Virus record (IMG/VR): IMGVR_UViG_3300029703_000007
DNA from: a virus
Strand: one strand, 5' to 3'
Length of the DNA stretch: 51,280 nt
Shown here: one piece after another, positions 40,832 through 50,800 of the stretch
How the letters are laid out: every line of letters starts with the position of its first letter
How positions within the stretch are numbered: position 1 is the first letter of the stretch
The notes under the pieces: model-generated
Database searches by the model: none
What the model was told of the DNA's origin: nothing
Seen by the model: the letters and a program-made list of their open reading frames with translations, nothing else
Position numbers and translations under genes: made by a program

Positions 40832-41824
40832 ATGGCTACTACCCTTGATACACTTTATGCTTTACAAATTCCTCAAGTTCAAGAGCTTTTTATTCAGGCA
40901 ATGGAAAATATTGTTGACCGTGCTGTTATTGAAGATATGATAGAAGCAATTGAAAATAATGATATTGAAGCTCTTTACGCCGCTTCAGGATTTACCCCAG
41001 TTGTTTTGAATACTGTTGTTAATCAAATTGAACAGATTTATAATGAAGCTGCAAATATTACAATTAGTTCTTGGCCGAAACGACTTCGAGCAGTTTTTAA
41101 CATTCGTAATCCGAAAGTTGAAGAACAACTTTCAGAATATTCAAGTAATTTTATCACAAATATTTCTGATGAAATAAAAGCTAATATCAGAACGACTTTG
41201 ACAGATGGACAATCGAGAGGTATAAATCCTAAAGAAACGGCGCTTAATATTGTGGGTCGTATTAATCCGGTAACAAAAAAACGTGAAGGCGGAGTTATAG
41301 GACTTTCGACAAATCAAGTGGAATGGGTTTCTAATACCAGAAAATATTTGGAAAATTTAGATAAACGTTATTTTACATTAGGATTGAGAGATAAACGTTT
41401 TGATTCTTTAGTTAAAAAAGCTATTGACGAAAGTCGGCAATTAACAAAAGATGAGATTTCTCGATTAATAACAGCTTATGAAAATAAAGCTTTACAATTT
41501 CGCGGTAATGCCATATCTCGTACTGAAACCATGCAAGCTATCAATCGTGGCGAATATGCCGCAATTCTTCAGAATATTGAAAATGGTTTGATTAATGAAA
41601 ATCAGGTAACAAAATGGTGGGATGATACTCATGACGGTCGGACACGTTTAACGCATATAGCACTTGGTAATAATTATAATCGAAAAAAATCTATACCGTT
41701 TAACGAGCCTTTTATTACTACGACCGGACAGCAATTACTTTACCCGGGTGATAGGTCATTAGGGGCTGATTTGCATGAAATAGTAAACTGTCGTTGTAAA
41801 GCTCAATATAACATTGATTTTTAG
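40832..41824 (+). CDS. Head morphogenesis protein, SPP1 gp7 / Mu F-like (330 aa)
   Basis: AISRTETMQAINRGEY ... TRLTHIAL ... VNCRC pattern. Confidence 0.7.
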   Translation: MATTLDTLYALQIPQVQELFIQAMENIVDRAVIEDMIEAIENNDIEALYAASGFTPVVLNTVVNQIEQIYNEAANITISSWPKRLRAVFNIRNPKVEEQLSEYSSNFITNISDEIKANIRTTLTDGQSRGINPKETALNIVGRINPVTKKREGGVIGLSTNQVEWVSNTRKYLENLDKRYFTLGLRDKRFDSLVKKAIDESRQLTKDEISRLITAYENKALQFRGNAISRTETMQAINRGEYAAILQNIENGLINENQVTKWWDDTHDGRTRLTHIALGNNYNRKKSIPFNEPFITTTGQQLLYPGDRSLGADLHEIVNCRCKAQYNIDF

Positions 41825-41836
41825 CGAGATAAATAG

Positions 41837-42271
41837 ATGGTTGACTTTAATGTTGTAATAGATAAATTTGTTGCTGATAGTAAAGAAAAAATGCTTGCAG
41901 TTGTTAAAAACAGTATTCAGGAAGTTGTTCAAGATGCTCAGACACCTATTGCTAAAGGTGGTAAAATGCCTGTTGATACAGGTTTTTTACGTTCTTCAGG
42001 TACCGCAAATTTAAATAATACTCCATCTGGTGAAATACTCGGTAGAAAACGTTTACCGGGGGAAGAAGGTGTGTTAGCTGATTATGCTGTAGATGATAAA
42101 GCGAGTTATCTTACCGATACACTTATTAAAATGAAGATTGGGGATACTTTCTTTTTTGGTTGGACGGCTATTTATGCTAAACGTCAAGAAGTTTATAATG
42201 GCTTTATGGAATCGGCTATTATGAATTGGCAAAATATTGTAAATAATCAGGTTAGGAGATTGCATAAATGA
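41837..42271 (+). CDS. HK97 gp10-like neck/tail-completion protein (144 aa)
   Basis: PVDTGFLRSS motif. Confidence 0.65.
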   Translation: MVDFNVVIDKFVADSKEKMLAVVKNSIQEVVQDAQTPIAKGGKMPVDTGFLRSSGTANLNNTPSGEILGRKRLPGEEGVLADYAVDDKASYLTDTLIKMKIGDTFFFGWTAIYAKRQEVYNGFMESAIMNWQNIVNNQVRRLHK

Positions 42272-42669
42272 TTGAATCTAAAATTATCGACCTTTTGCAA
42301 AAGCATGTTACTAAAGCCGTTGCCGGTTTTTTTCCGGTTAAATATTTAAATACTAATATTGAAGCGACTGATTCATTTTGGGAAATTGTTTATATTCCTA
42401 ATAATGTTGAAAATGAATTTTGGGATAAAGGAAAAACATATCAAGGCATTTTAAGATTGATATTACATTGGCCGGCCGATAATAGGGGTATCTACACTCC
42501 TCTTCAAGAAGCTGAAAGAGTCGCCGCTGAATTTGCTAAAGGTCTTGAATTATTTAGTAACGATGTTAAAGTCATAATTACCGATAATCCAAATTTAACC
42601 AGTCTTAATGAAGATGACGGGAAATTGTTAATACCCTTGACAATTCGATATTTGTGTTTTAAGCTATAA
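42268..42669 (+). CDS. Tail terminator-like protein (133 aa)
   Basis: Position immediately upstream of major tail gene. Confidence 0.5.
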   Translation: MIESKIIDLLQKHVTKAVAGFFPVKYLNTNIEATDSFWEIVYIPNNVENEFWDKGKTYQGILRLILHWPADNRGIYTPLQEAERVAAEFAKGLELFSNDVKVIITDNPNLTSLNEDDGKLLIPLTIRYLCFKL

Positions 42670-42689
42670 ATCGCATGGAAAATATCTCC

Positions 42690-42780
42690 GAGCGCACTAG
42701 GTTGGATGACCTAAAAAATCAATCAATCGGTGCGCTTTTTTACGCACCAAATAAAATTTTAATATTTGAAAGGTGCTAAA
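42690..42780 (+). promoter_or_regulatory. Conserved structured leader, copy B (upstream of major tail gene)
   Basis: See 38487-38579; GAGCGCA 42690-42696, GGTGCGC 42729-42735, CGCACC 42743-42748, SD GGTGCT 42772-42777. Confidence 0.7.
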
Positions 42781-43533
42781 ATGGCGAATACAAACGCATT
42801 CTCAAAAATTTATGTTTGCCCCGACCCGCAAAATAATGAGTTGACCGCTGATGATTATGCAGGGTTGAGTTGGGTTTTGATTAAAGGCGTAGGTAATCTT
42901 GGTGAAACTGGTAAATCTACTAATATTTTAGTTTATCCTACATGGGAAACTAGTGTAGCAGATAAAGGTAAAGGTATTACTGATGCAGGTTCCCCAATTC
43001 TTGAAGTTGCTCGTGACCCGAAAGATGAAGGTCAGAGAATTTTGAATAATGCAGCTGCCGTTGGTAATAATAATAATTATGCTTTTAAAATTGAACGTTC
43101 GGATGCCCCGATTGGTGGTACTGGTACAATTATGTATAATCGTGGTCTTGTTGTTGGCCCGACTCGTCCGAATGGACAAAACGAAGATTTTGATTTGGAA
43201 GTTTTTACCCTTGCTTTGGTTCAGGAAGAGGTTGTTGTTCTCCCGACAACTGGTGTTGCCGCTCCGGTATTGACTGCCGCTCCCGCTGTTAGTGGAACAG
43301 CAGAAGTTGGTCAGACTTTAACTTGTTCAACCGGTACATTTACTGGTGAATCACTTGCTTATAGTTATCAGTGGTTTGCAAATGGTATTATTGTATCAGG
43401 AGCAATTGAAAGTACTTATGAATTAACCGCAAACGACAAAGGAAAAGTTTTCTCTTGTCGTGTAACCGCTCGAAATAACGGTGGGTCTGCTACTGGTTTT
43501 TCGAATACTACTACAGCCGTTACTGAAGCGTAA
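42781..43533 (+). CDS. Major tail protein with C-terminal Ig-like domain (250 aa; ORF-track 42766)
   Basis: Position before the G/GT chaperones; C-terminal SGTAEVGQTLTCSTGTFTG...YSYQWFANG...FSCRVTA Ig-like repeat. Confidence 0.75.
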   Translation: MANTNAFSKIYVCPDPQNNELTADDYAGLSWVLIKGVGNLGETGKSTNILVYPTWETSVADKGKGITDAGSPILEVARDPKDEGQRILNNAAAVGNNNNYAFKIERSDAPIGGTGTIMYNRGLVVGPTRPNGQNEDFDLEVFTLALVQEEVVVLPTTGVAAPVLTAAPAVSGTAEVGQTLTCSTGTFTGESLAYSYQWFANGIIVSGAIESTYELTANDKGKVFSCRVTARNNGGSATGFSNTTTAVTEA

Positions 43534-43550
43534 TTAAAAAGGATTGAAAA

Positions 43551-43928
43551 ATGGATATTGCAAAACTTAAACCAGCTGAGAGAGTGATTGAAATTATTCA
43601 TCCAGTAACTGGCGAAAACGTTGGTATTAGAGTTACTTTAGTTTCACTTGTCGATGAACGTTTGAAAGCTGTTAGACGTAGATTTCAGAATAAAAAAATA
43701 GAGCTTGAAAAACGTGGAAAAACATTTAAAGCTGATGATTTGGAAGAAAATGCGGTTGAATTGCTTTTAAATGCTATTACAGGTTGGGATTGGTATGACG
43801 CTGATTTTAACGGTGAAAAACCCATTTTTAATGAAAAAAATGTTAAAATGGTTTTAGAAGAACTTTCATGGTTTAAAAATCAGATTGTGGAGGCTATCGA
43901 CGACGAAAAAGCTTTTTTTCAGAGTTGA
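43551..43928 (+). CDS. Tail assembly chaperone (gpG-like, 125 aa)
   Basis: Position before tape measure; slippery site near 3' end. Confidence 0.75.
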   Translation: MDIAKLKPAERVIEIIHPVTGENVGIRVTLVSLVDERLKAVRRRFQNKKIELEKRGKTFKADDLEENAVELLLNAITGWDWYDADFNGEKPIFNEKNVKMVLEELSWFKNQIVEAIDDEKAFFQS

Positions 43929-44332
43929 AAATAAATCTAAAGGAGGCCGTACGAGTATTTGTTCGTTACGACCTCCCAGACGAAAAGGAAGATACTCGTA
44001 GAGCGCGAAACGAAAGAGTTGGTATTTATACACCGCCTTTTGAAATACCTGAAGATGGTATATATCTTTGGAATTGGTTTATAGATATAAATAATAGTGT
44101 TTCTCGAGTTGATTTTAACGGTTATTATTGTTTAATACCACCATCTGAATTTCTTGCTTGGTCAACAATTACAGGAAATGCGTTATATCCAGAAGAATAT
44201 GATATTTTAAGAAGCATGGATGCGGTATATTGTAAAGAAACAAATGCTGAAATACAATCTAAAAGAGCAAAAGAGGAAGAGGCTCGAAAAAGAGAAATAA
44301 GTGTTAAAAGTTCAAGAATGCGGAGAAGATAA
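43551..44332 (+). CDS. gpGT-like frameshift fusion product (G part + ORF 43925..44332)
   Basis: ORF 43925..44332 has no ATG/SD and is in the -1 frame relative to 43551..43928. Confidence 0.65.
43913..43919 (+). promoter_or_regulatory. -1 programmed frameshift slippery heptamer T_TTT_TTT
   Basis: Zero-frame codons GCT TTT TTT CAG AGT TGA; -1 frame open from 43913 into ORF 43925..44332. Confidence 0.7.
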
Positions 44333-46582
44333 ATGGCCACAGATATTGCAAGAATAGGTTTCGGGGTTGAAACTTCTCAGCTTGAAAAAGGTATTTCGAC
44401 TCTTAGCACTTTTAGTACATCTGCAAAATCTGCAAATTCAAATGCTCGGGCAATTGGAACGGCGATGAATAAAGCAGCCGTTACTTTTGCCGGGGCTGTT
44501 GCGGGTATGAGTAGAAGTATAGCTAGTTTAGTATCTAGTACTAAAACAGCAACAGTTGAAGAAATTGCAGCTGCTAAAGAAGCTTCTAATTTTGCTAATA
44601 GCATTTATCGTGCCGCACAGGCTCAGGATACATTAACGGTTAGTACACAAAAAACTACTCGTAATTTACAAAATATGTATTCAGCGATGCTTAAATTAAG
44701 TTCTAGTGAATCTATTTTACAAAGAATTAATAGAATTACTGGGGTTAGCGGATTGACTAACAAATCCGCCGAATATTCTGCTGAATTTTTTAAACGTTCC
44801 ACAACTAAAGAAGAATGGAATGCTATGACGGGTACTCTTGCTAGGGACCAGATGCCTAACAGATTTAATACCGCTAATATTGCCGCACAGTTTCAAGATA
44901 TTGGTGTAACGGCCGCGATGGGTATGAATCCGTTGCTTATTGCTTTGCAACAAGGTACTCAGTTGTCGGCAGTATTGAACAGTATGAAAAAACCTATACA
45001 AGGTTTAGCTGATGCTTTTAAACAAATTATCAATCCGACTTCATTGTGGACTATCGCTTTAACAGCTTTAGCTGTTGTCGGATTGCAAATGGTCGATTGG
45101 ATTGGGGTAGCTCAAAGTAGTTTAAACGGTCTTGCGAGCGCTATGGATTTTGTGGCATCTCATTCGGATAGTTTTGGTGCTGTATTGACGGGATTGGTAG
45201 GTGTTATAGGTGTTATTAAGTTTGAATCTATTAAAACAGGATTATCATCTGTCATTTCCGTAGCTTCAAAAGTTTTTACAACGTTTACAAGTTGGTCGAA
45301 ATTAGTTGAAGTTTTTAACAACATTAAAAAATCAATAGTAGAATTGAAAGTTGTCACCTGGGCGTTAGCAAATCCTGTTAAAGCTGTTACTGCGGTAATT
45401 TTAGCAGGTGTAACAGCGTGGGCTGCGTTTAGTGAAGCTGGAAGAAATGCTTTAAATAAAACAATAGGTTATACTTTAGCAGCAGCTTATTCTATCGGCG
45501 GTGCTATGGAAGCCGGTTTTAAAAGTATTTATAAAGGTTTTGACGAAGCTTTCGGTGAATTATCGGATAAGATGAAGGAAATTGCAGGTAAGGATTATAT
45601 CGCCGCAGTAGATGATATTATTGGTTCAGTAGCGTCTGCGGCGTCTGCGAAATTTGAAGAATGGTCTAACAGTTTGAATAAGATAGATAAAAAAACCAAA
45701 AAAATTATAGAAGCTTGGAAAAAATTACAAAGTCAAATTGGTCAAGATATAGCAAGCGCTAAGCTTGACCAAAACTTAATTGGTGTTGATACATATACCT
45801 CCGAATATATGAAAACGAGAGCTGATTTAATGAATCAAGCAACAAATGCAGGTATACCGTTAACTCCTGAAAAAATAGCTTCCATTGACCAAGCCGCTGA
45901 TAGTTTAGCTCGTACGAAAGCTGAAACTGAAAAATTAACCGACAGTTTTAATTTTGCTAAAGATGCCACTAACAGCTTTTTTTCCGACATGCGAGAAGGA
46001 TTGAGAGAAGGTCAATCCTTGTGGGAATCTTTTGGAAATGCAGTTACAAATGTTCTTGATAAGATTCTTGATAAAATTATGAACATTGGTGTTGATTATT
46101 TATTTGATGCTTTAGGTGGTATGGGTACTAAAGGCGGTAAAACAAGTTTTTCATGGGGAAATATAGCTTCTAGCATAGGGGGTTTTTTTGGTGGTAGTAC
46201 ATCTGCGTCTACACCCGCCCCTGCGGCTAAAGGCGGTGCTTTTACGAATGGTGTTTATAGTTCGCCAACATTATTTAAGTTTGCTAACGGTGGACAGTTT
46301 GGTGTTATGGGTGAAGCCGGTCCTGAAGCTGTTATGCCTTTGCGTAGAGGGTCAGACGGTTCTTTAGGTGTCGATGCCGAAGGTATAGGCGGTAATAATG
46401 TAGTTGTTAACGTTATTAATAATTCAAATGCTCAGGCAAGTGTAAATCAACGAGAAACTAGACAAGGAACTGAAATTGATGTATTGATAGACCAAACAGT
46501 TGCTCAAAAGATGACTCAACAAGGTTCTTATTCAAATAATGCTTTAAATGCTTATAGTAATCGTCGATTGGTTATGAGGTAA
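44333..46582 (+). CDS. Tape measure protein (749 aa)
   Basis: Size, Ala/Ser-rich helical and TM segments, position. Confidence 0.85.
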   Translation: MATDIARIGFGVETSQLEKGISTLSTFSTSAKSANSNARAIGTAMNKAAVTFAGAVAGMSRSIASLVSSTKTATVEEIAAAKEASNFANSIYRAAQAQDTLTVSTQKTTRNLQNMYSAMLKLSSSESILQRINRITGVSGLTNKSAEYSAEFFKRSTTKEEWNAMTGTLARDQMPNRFNTANIAAQFQDIGVTAAMGMNPLLIALQQGTQLSAVLNSMKKPIQGLADAFKQIINPTSLWTIALTALAVVGLQMVDWIGVAQSSLNGLASAMDFVASHSDSFGAVLTGLVGVIGVIKFESIKTGLSSVISVASKVFTTFTSWSKLVEVFNNIKKSIVELKVVTWALANPVKAVTAVILAGVTAWAAFSEAGRNALNKTIGYTLAAAYSIGGAMEAGFKSIYKGFDEAFGELSDKMKEIAGKDYIAAVDDIIGSVASAASAKFEEWSNSLNKIDKKTKKIIEAWKKLQSQIGQDIASAKLDQNLIGVDTYTSEYMKTRADLMNQATNAGIPLTPEKIASIDQAADSLARTKAETEKLTDSFNFAKDATNSFFSDMREGLREGQSLWESFGNAVTNVLDKILDKIMNIGVDYLFDALGGMGTKGGKTSFSWGNIASSIGGFFGGSTSASTPAPAAKGGAFTNGVYSSPTLFKFANGGQFGVMGEAGPEAVMPLRRGSDGSLGVDAEGIGGNNVVVNVINNSNAQASVNQRETRQGTEIDVLIDQTVAQKMTQQGSYSNNALNAYSNRRLVMR

Positions 46583-46584
46583 AA

Positions 46585-46917
46585 ATGATAATTTGGCCTT
46601 CGAAATTTAAAATATTAAGAGACAATTTTCAATTGTTACCAGTTAGCCGTGTTTTAAGTTCTGACATGGATATTGGGCCAGCAAAAAAACGGCGCCGTAC
46701 AGTTATGAAATTAATGAATGTTTCATTTTCAATGTACATGAAACAAGATGTTTTTGACGAATTTATGGATTTTTATTACGATAACGATGCTACCGTATTT
46801 TATTTCCCTCGTCCTGATACAAAAACAACAGTTTCCGCTCGTTTTACAACCGCACCTACCGCAACATTTAACGAAACATTATGGCAGGTTTCTGTTCAAT
46901 TGGAGTTTTTACCGTGA
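46585..46917 (+). CDS. Minor tail protein (gpM-like, 110 aa)
   Basis: Lambda-like order after the tape measure. Confidence 0.6.
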   Translation: MIIWPSKFKILRDNFQLLPVSRVLSSDMDIGPAKKRRRTVMKLMNVSFSMYMKQDVFDEFMDFYYDNDATVFYFPRPDTKTTVSARFTTAPTATFNETLWQVSVQLEFLP

Positions 46918-47411
46918 TTACAGATAATTTACGACAAGTTTCATATGCACAGGAGACAGATGTTGCTGTTATTATTTTATTGACTTTAAAAACAAAAGAT
47001 TTATCTGATACAATAAGAATTTGTAGCATCCCAGTTGAAAAATTTGCTGATTTAGGTGAGAATGTTTATGGATGTACAAGTAATGGAAAAAGATATATAT
47101 TTTTACCTTTTGATATTACTTTACCACAGGATGATAAAACAGGTGCGGTAACGGCAAAATTAACAATAGATAACGTCAATAGACAAATTGTACAATATGC
47201 CAGAGAAACAAAATCAGCAATTAATGTTGATATTCAATTAATTTTGTCTAATGATTTAAATACTGTAGAAATGGAATTTAAAGATTTTAAACTTACTAAT
47301 GTAAGTTATGATGCTTTCACAGTTTCTGGAGATTTATCGGTTGATTATTTAGGGCTTGAACCCTTTCCTTGCGGTCGTTTTACTCCATCAGGTTTTCCGG
47401 GATTATTTTAA
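46914..47411 (+). CDS. Minor tail protein (gpL-like, 165 aa; ORF-track 46881)
   Basis: GTGA overlap, TGGAG SD 8 nt upstream of GTG 46914. Confidence 0.6.
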   Translation: MITDNLRQVSYAQETDVAVIILLTLKTKDLSDTIRICSIPVEKFADLGENVYGCTSNGKRYIFLPFDITLPQDDKTGAVTAKLTIDNVNRQIVQYARETKSAINVDIQLILSNDLNTVEMEFKDFKLTNVSYDAFTVSGDLSVDYLGLEPFPCGRFTPSGFPGLF

Positions 47412-47806
47412 TGTGGAGTGACGAGTTTATCTCTATACCCTTTGCCGACCATGGTCGTTCTAAAAACGGCTGTGATTGTTGGGGATTAGTAACAGTCGTA
47501 TATAAAGAAAAATTTAAGATTGATTTACCTTTTTTGTTAGATTATGATAATGTAAAAGATGTTCGGCATATAACTACTTTGTGCAAAAATGAATGTGAAA
47601 ATTGGCAAGAAATATCTAAAGATGAAGAACAACCTTATGACGTATTGGTTTTTAACATTTTGGGCGCTCCTTGCCATGTTGCGCTTGTGGTTGAAAAAGG
47701 TTTAATGCTGCATACAGAAAAAGGTATTGGTACACATATTAGCGATTATAAACGAGATAGACAATGGTGTAATCGTTTAGCAGGGATTTACAGATATGTT
47801 AAATGA
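47411..47806 (+). CDS. NlpC/P60-type tail tip protein (gpK-like, 131 aa; ORF-track 47369)
   Basis: TAATG coupling; GCDCWGLV ... PCHVALVVEKGLMLHTE Cys-His-His pattern. Confidence 0.7.
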   Translation: MWSDEFISIPFADHGRSKNGCDCWGLVTVVYKEKFKIDLPFLLDYDNVKDVRHITTLCKNECENWQEISKDEEQPYDVLVFNILGAPCHVALVVEKGLMLHTEKGIGTHISDYKRDRQWCNRLAGIYRYVK

Positions 47807-50800
47807 AGACATAATCGTTCAAAAATCTGTTTTACCGTTTAGACAGGATTTTGAAACTTTACGATTACAAGATTGTAAAACACCTCAAGAAATTGTCAAT
47901 AAACTTGTGCCCTTTAATTTTGTAAATTGTAAACTTATTGTAACTCTTGATGGTGAAATTTTACCTGAAGAAAAATGGGGTCAAAATTTAAAAAAAGGTC
48001 AAATTATTGGTCTTAATTATATTCCTACTGGTGGTGACGATGGTAAAGCTGTCATGCAAGTTATTGTAACCATTGCAGCTATAGTAACCACCGCGTATCT
48101 GGGTTCAATAGCGGAAGATGCTATAGTTGCTGGTAATTATGGAACAGCCGCTTTAGCTAGTGCTGGTATTATAGCAGTTTCTATGGTATCCAGTATGGCT
48201 ATGAATGCACTTATGACTACTCCCAAACAATCAGATGGAACATTAGGTTATAAAGATTCTCAAACTCAATTTGTTGAAGGAGCAAGTAATTCTATTAATA
48301 AATTTGGGGTTATACCTGTTAATCTCGGGACGAATCGATTATTCCCTCCTCAAGCTGCTTTACCTTATACAGAAACCAGTGGTAATGACCAATATTGTCG
48401 ACAGTTGTTTACTTATGGTTATGGTAAGGTAACTGTTATTGAACGTAAGTTAGGTGAAACAGTTTTAGACAATTATGATTATGTAGAACTTGAAGATAAA
48501 CTTAACGCAGATTTAAATTCTGGTACATCTTTGTATGCTAATGATGTATATCAGGAAGATTTTAGTATTAAAGTTACAAAGGAAGAATCTCCTTATCTTC
48601 GTACAACTCAAAAAGACTGCGATGAATGCATCTTAGATTTTACATTTCAAGGATTGGTTAATGGTATTACTCAAGGTAAATATGCGGGATTAAAATTAAA
48701 AACAACCGTTCAATTTGAAATTCAATATGCTCCTGTAAATACAGAGAATTGGAGTACATCTATTAACGGTGCTACAATCCAAGAACAATCGATAAATGCT
48801 GATATAAGTGTTTATTTGCTGTATAGATTTTTGAACAGTTGGGTTTGTCGTCGTTATTTTCTTGCCTTAAATACACAAACTGGGGGCATAAGCATTCATT
48901 ATGTTGATTCTCAAGTTCATAAACTTGAATATCCTTCTTTATCATCTGAAAATGTGTATCTTGGTTACTATGAAAACGGTTCTTTTCATGATTTGAGACA
49001 AAATCTCGTTGGTTCTTCGATTGAAAGTATTGATGATTTTATTGTTACTACAGATAATTCTGATAAATCCAATGCTCTGATAACTGTTGGGAGTGGTAAT
49101 ATTCTCGGTAGCACTTCGATGATGACGGTAACAGATGCGACATCAAGAGTGTTAAGAGTTTCTCGACGAATAGTTTTTCCAACAAGAGGTCAATATCAGA
49201 TAAAAGTAAATCGTTTAACAGACGATTCAAATATTGATAGTTTATTAAATGATTCTTATTGGACAGCTTTAAAATCAATTACATATCGAAATCCTGTTAA
49301 TTTTTCAGATATTTCAGGTACAGCTATGAGAATTAAAGCTACAGACCAATTAAACGGTACTGTAAATTCTTATAATGCTATTGTTTCAACACTTATAAAA
49401 TCTTATGACCCTGATAAAGATTTATGGGTAGATGGTGTTGCGAGTTCTAACCCTGCTGATATTTTTCGATATGTTTTGCAATCTCCAGCTTTTGCAAAAC
49501 ATGAACAAATTACCGATGATAAAATCGATTTAGAAAAATTAAAAGAATGGTGGATTTATTGTAATTCATTAAATTTAACTTTTAATAAAGTTGTAGATTC
49601 AGATACAAGTATTGACGATGTTTTAAATGATATTTGTGCTGCGGGTGTCGCAACATTATCAAAAGTTAATAATATTTTTAGTGTTGTTATCGATAATGAA
49701 CGCCCTTATGTTAAAGGGTTGGTAACACCTCGTAACAGTTGGGATTATAAAGGAAATATCAGTTATCCAGAACTTCCTGATGCTCTTCGTGTTGAATTTC
49801 GCAATGCTGAAGTAGGTTATAATACCGATGAACGTATTGTTTACATGGACGGATTTGACGAAAATAATGCAAAGTTGTTTGAACGTTTAGAATTTTCAAG
49901 TTGTACAAACGCTGATTTGGCTTATTGGTATGGTAGACGATATTTTGCTACAGCTTTATTACAACCCGAAACTCACACTTTCAAAATGGATTTTGAACAT
50001 TTAACTTTTAATCGTGGGGACAGAATCAATCTCGTTAACGATGTCATTCTTGTTGGTGTCGGACAAGGACGTATTAAAGAGCTTATCACAGACGATGAAA
50101 ATAATGTTACCGGTTTTGTTATTGATGACGAAGTAAATATTCCTACTAGTAAAAATTTTGCGGTTCGTATTAGAGACAATAACGGCAAGGGGTTTAATTA
50201 TTATTTGTTAAAACAATTTGTCGGAGTTAGCAATAGTTTTACTTTTGCACAATCTTTAACGGCTGAAAATGCCCCCGCTATTGGAAGTCTTTGCGCTTTT
50301 GTTGAAGACGGTAAAGAGCTTGATTTAATCATAACACAGATAAAAACTACCAGCAATGAAACAGCAACTATTACCGCTGTAGATTATGCTCCTGCAAGAT
50401 TTACACCTATCGAAGAATTTCCTGAATGGTCAAGTAATATTACAATTCCGGGAGATTTTTATAAACCTTATGCTCCTGAATTGAATGGTGAAATTAAATC
50501 AGATGAATCTGTTATGATTAGAAATTCTGATGGTTCTTTAACTTCAATTATGATTATACCTCTTAAAAATCGTAATGAAAATTCGGTAATCCCGGTAATA
50601 CAAGTGAAAATTACAGGAGCTACTGAATGGTTTATACCAAACACTTTGAAAAACGATTCAAACGAGTTGGTTTTAACAGGGCTTAGTGACGGTTCATATT
50701 ATGATATAAGCATTCGTTATCAGCGTCAGACAGGTTTGCAGTTGCTTTCAGATGCTTTGTATATTAATAACGTTAAATTTGTCGGCGGTTCAACACCTCC

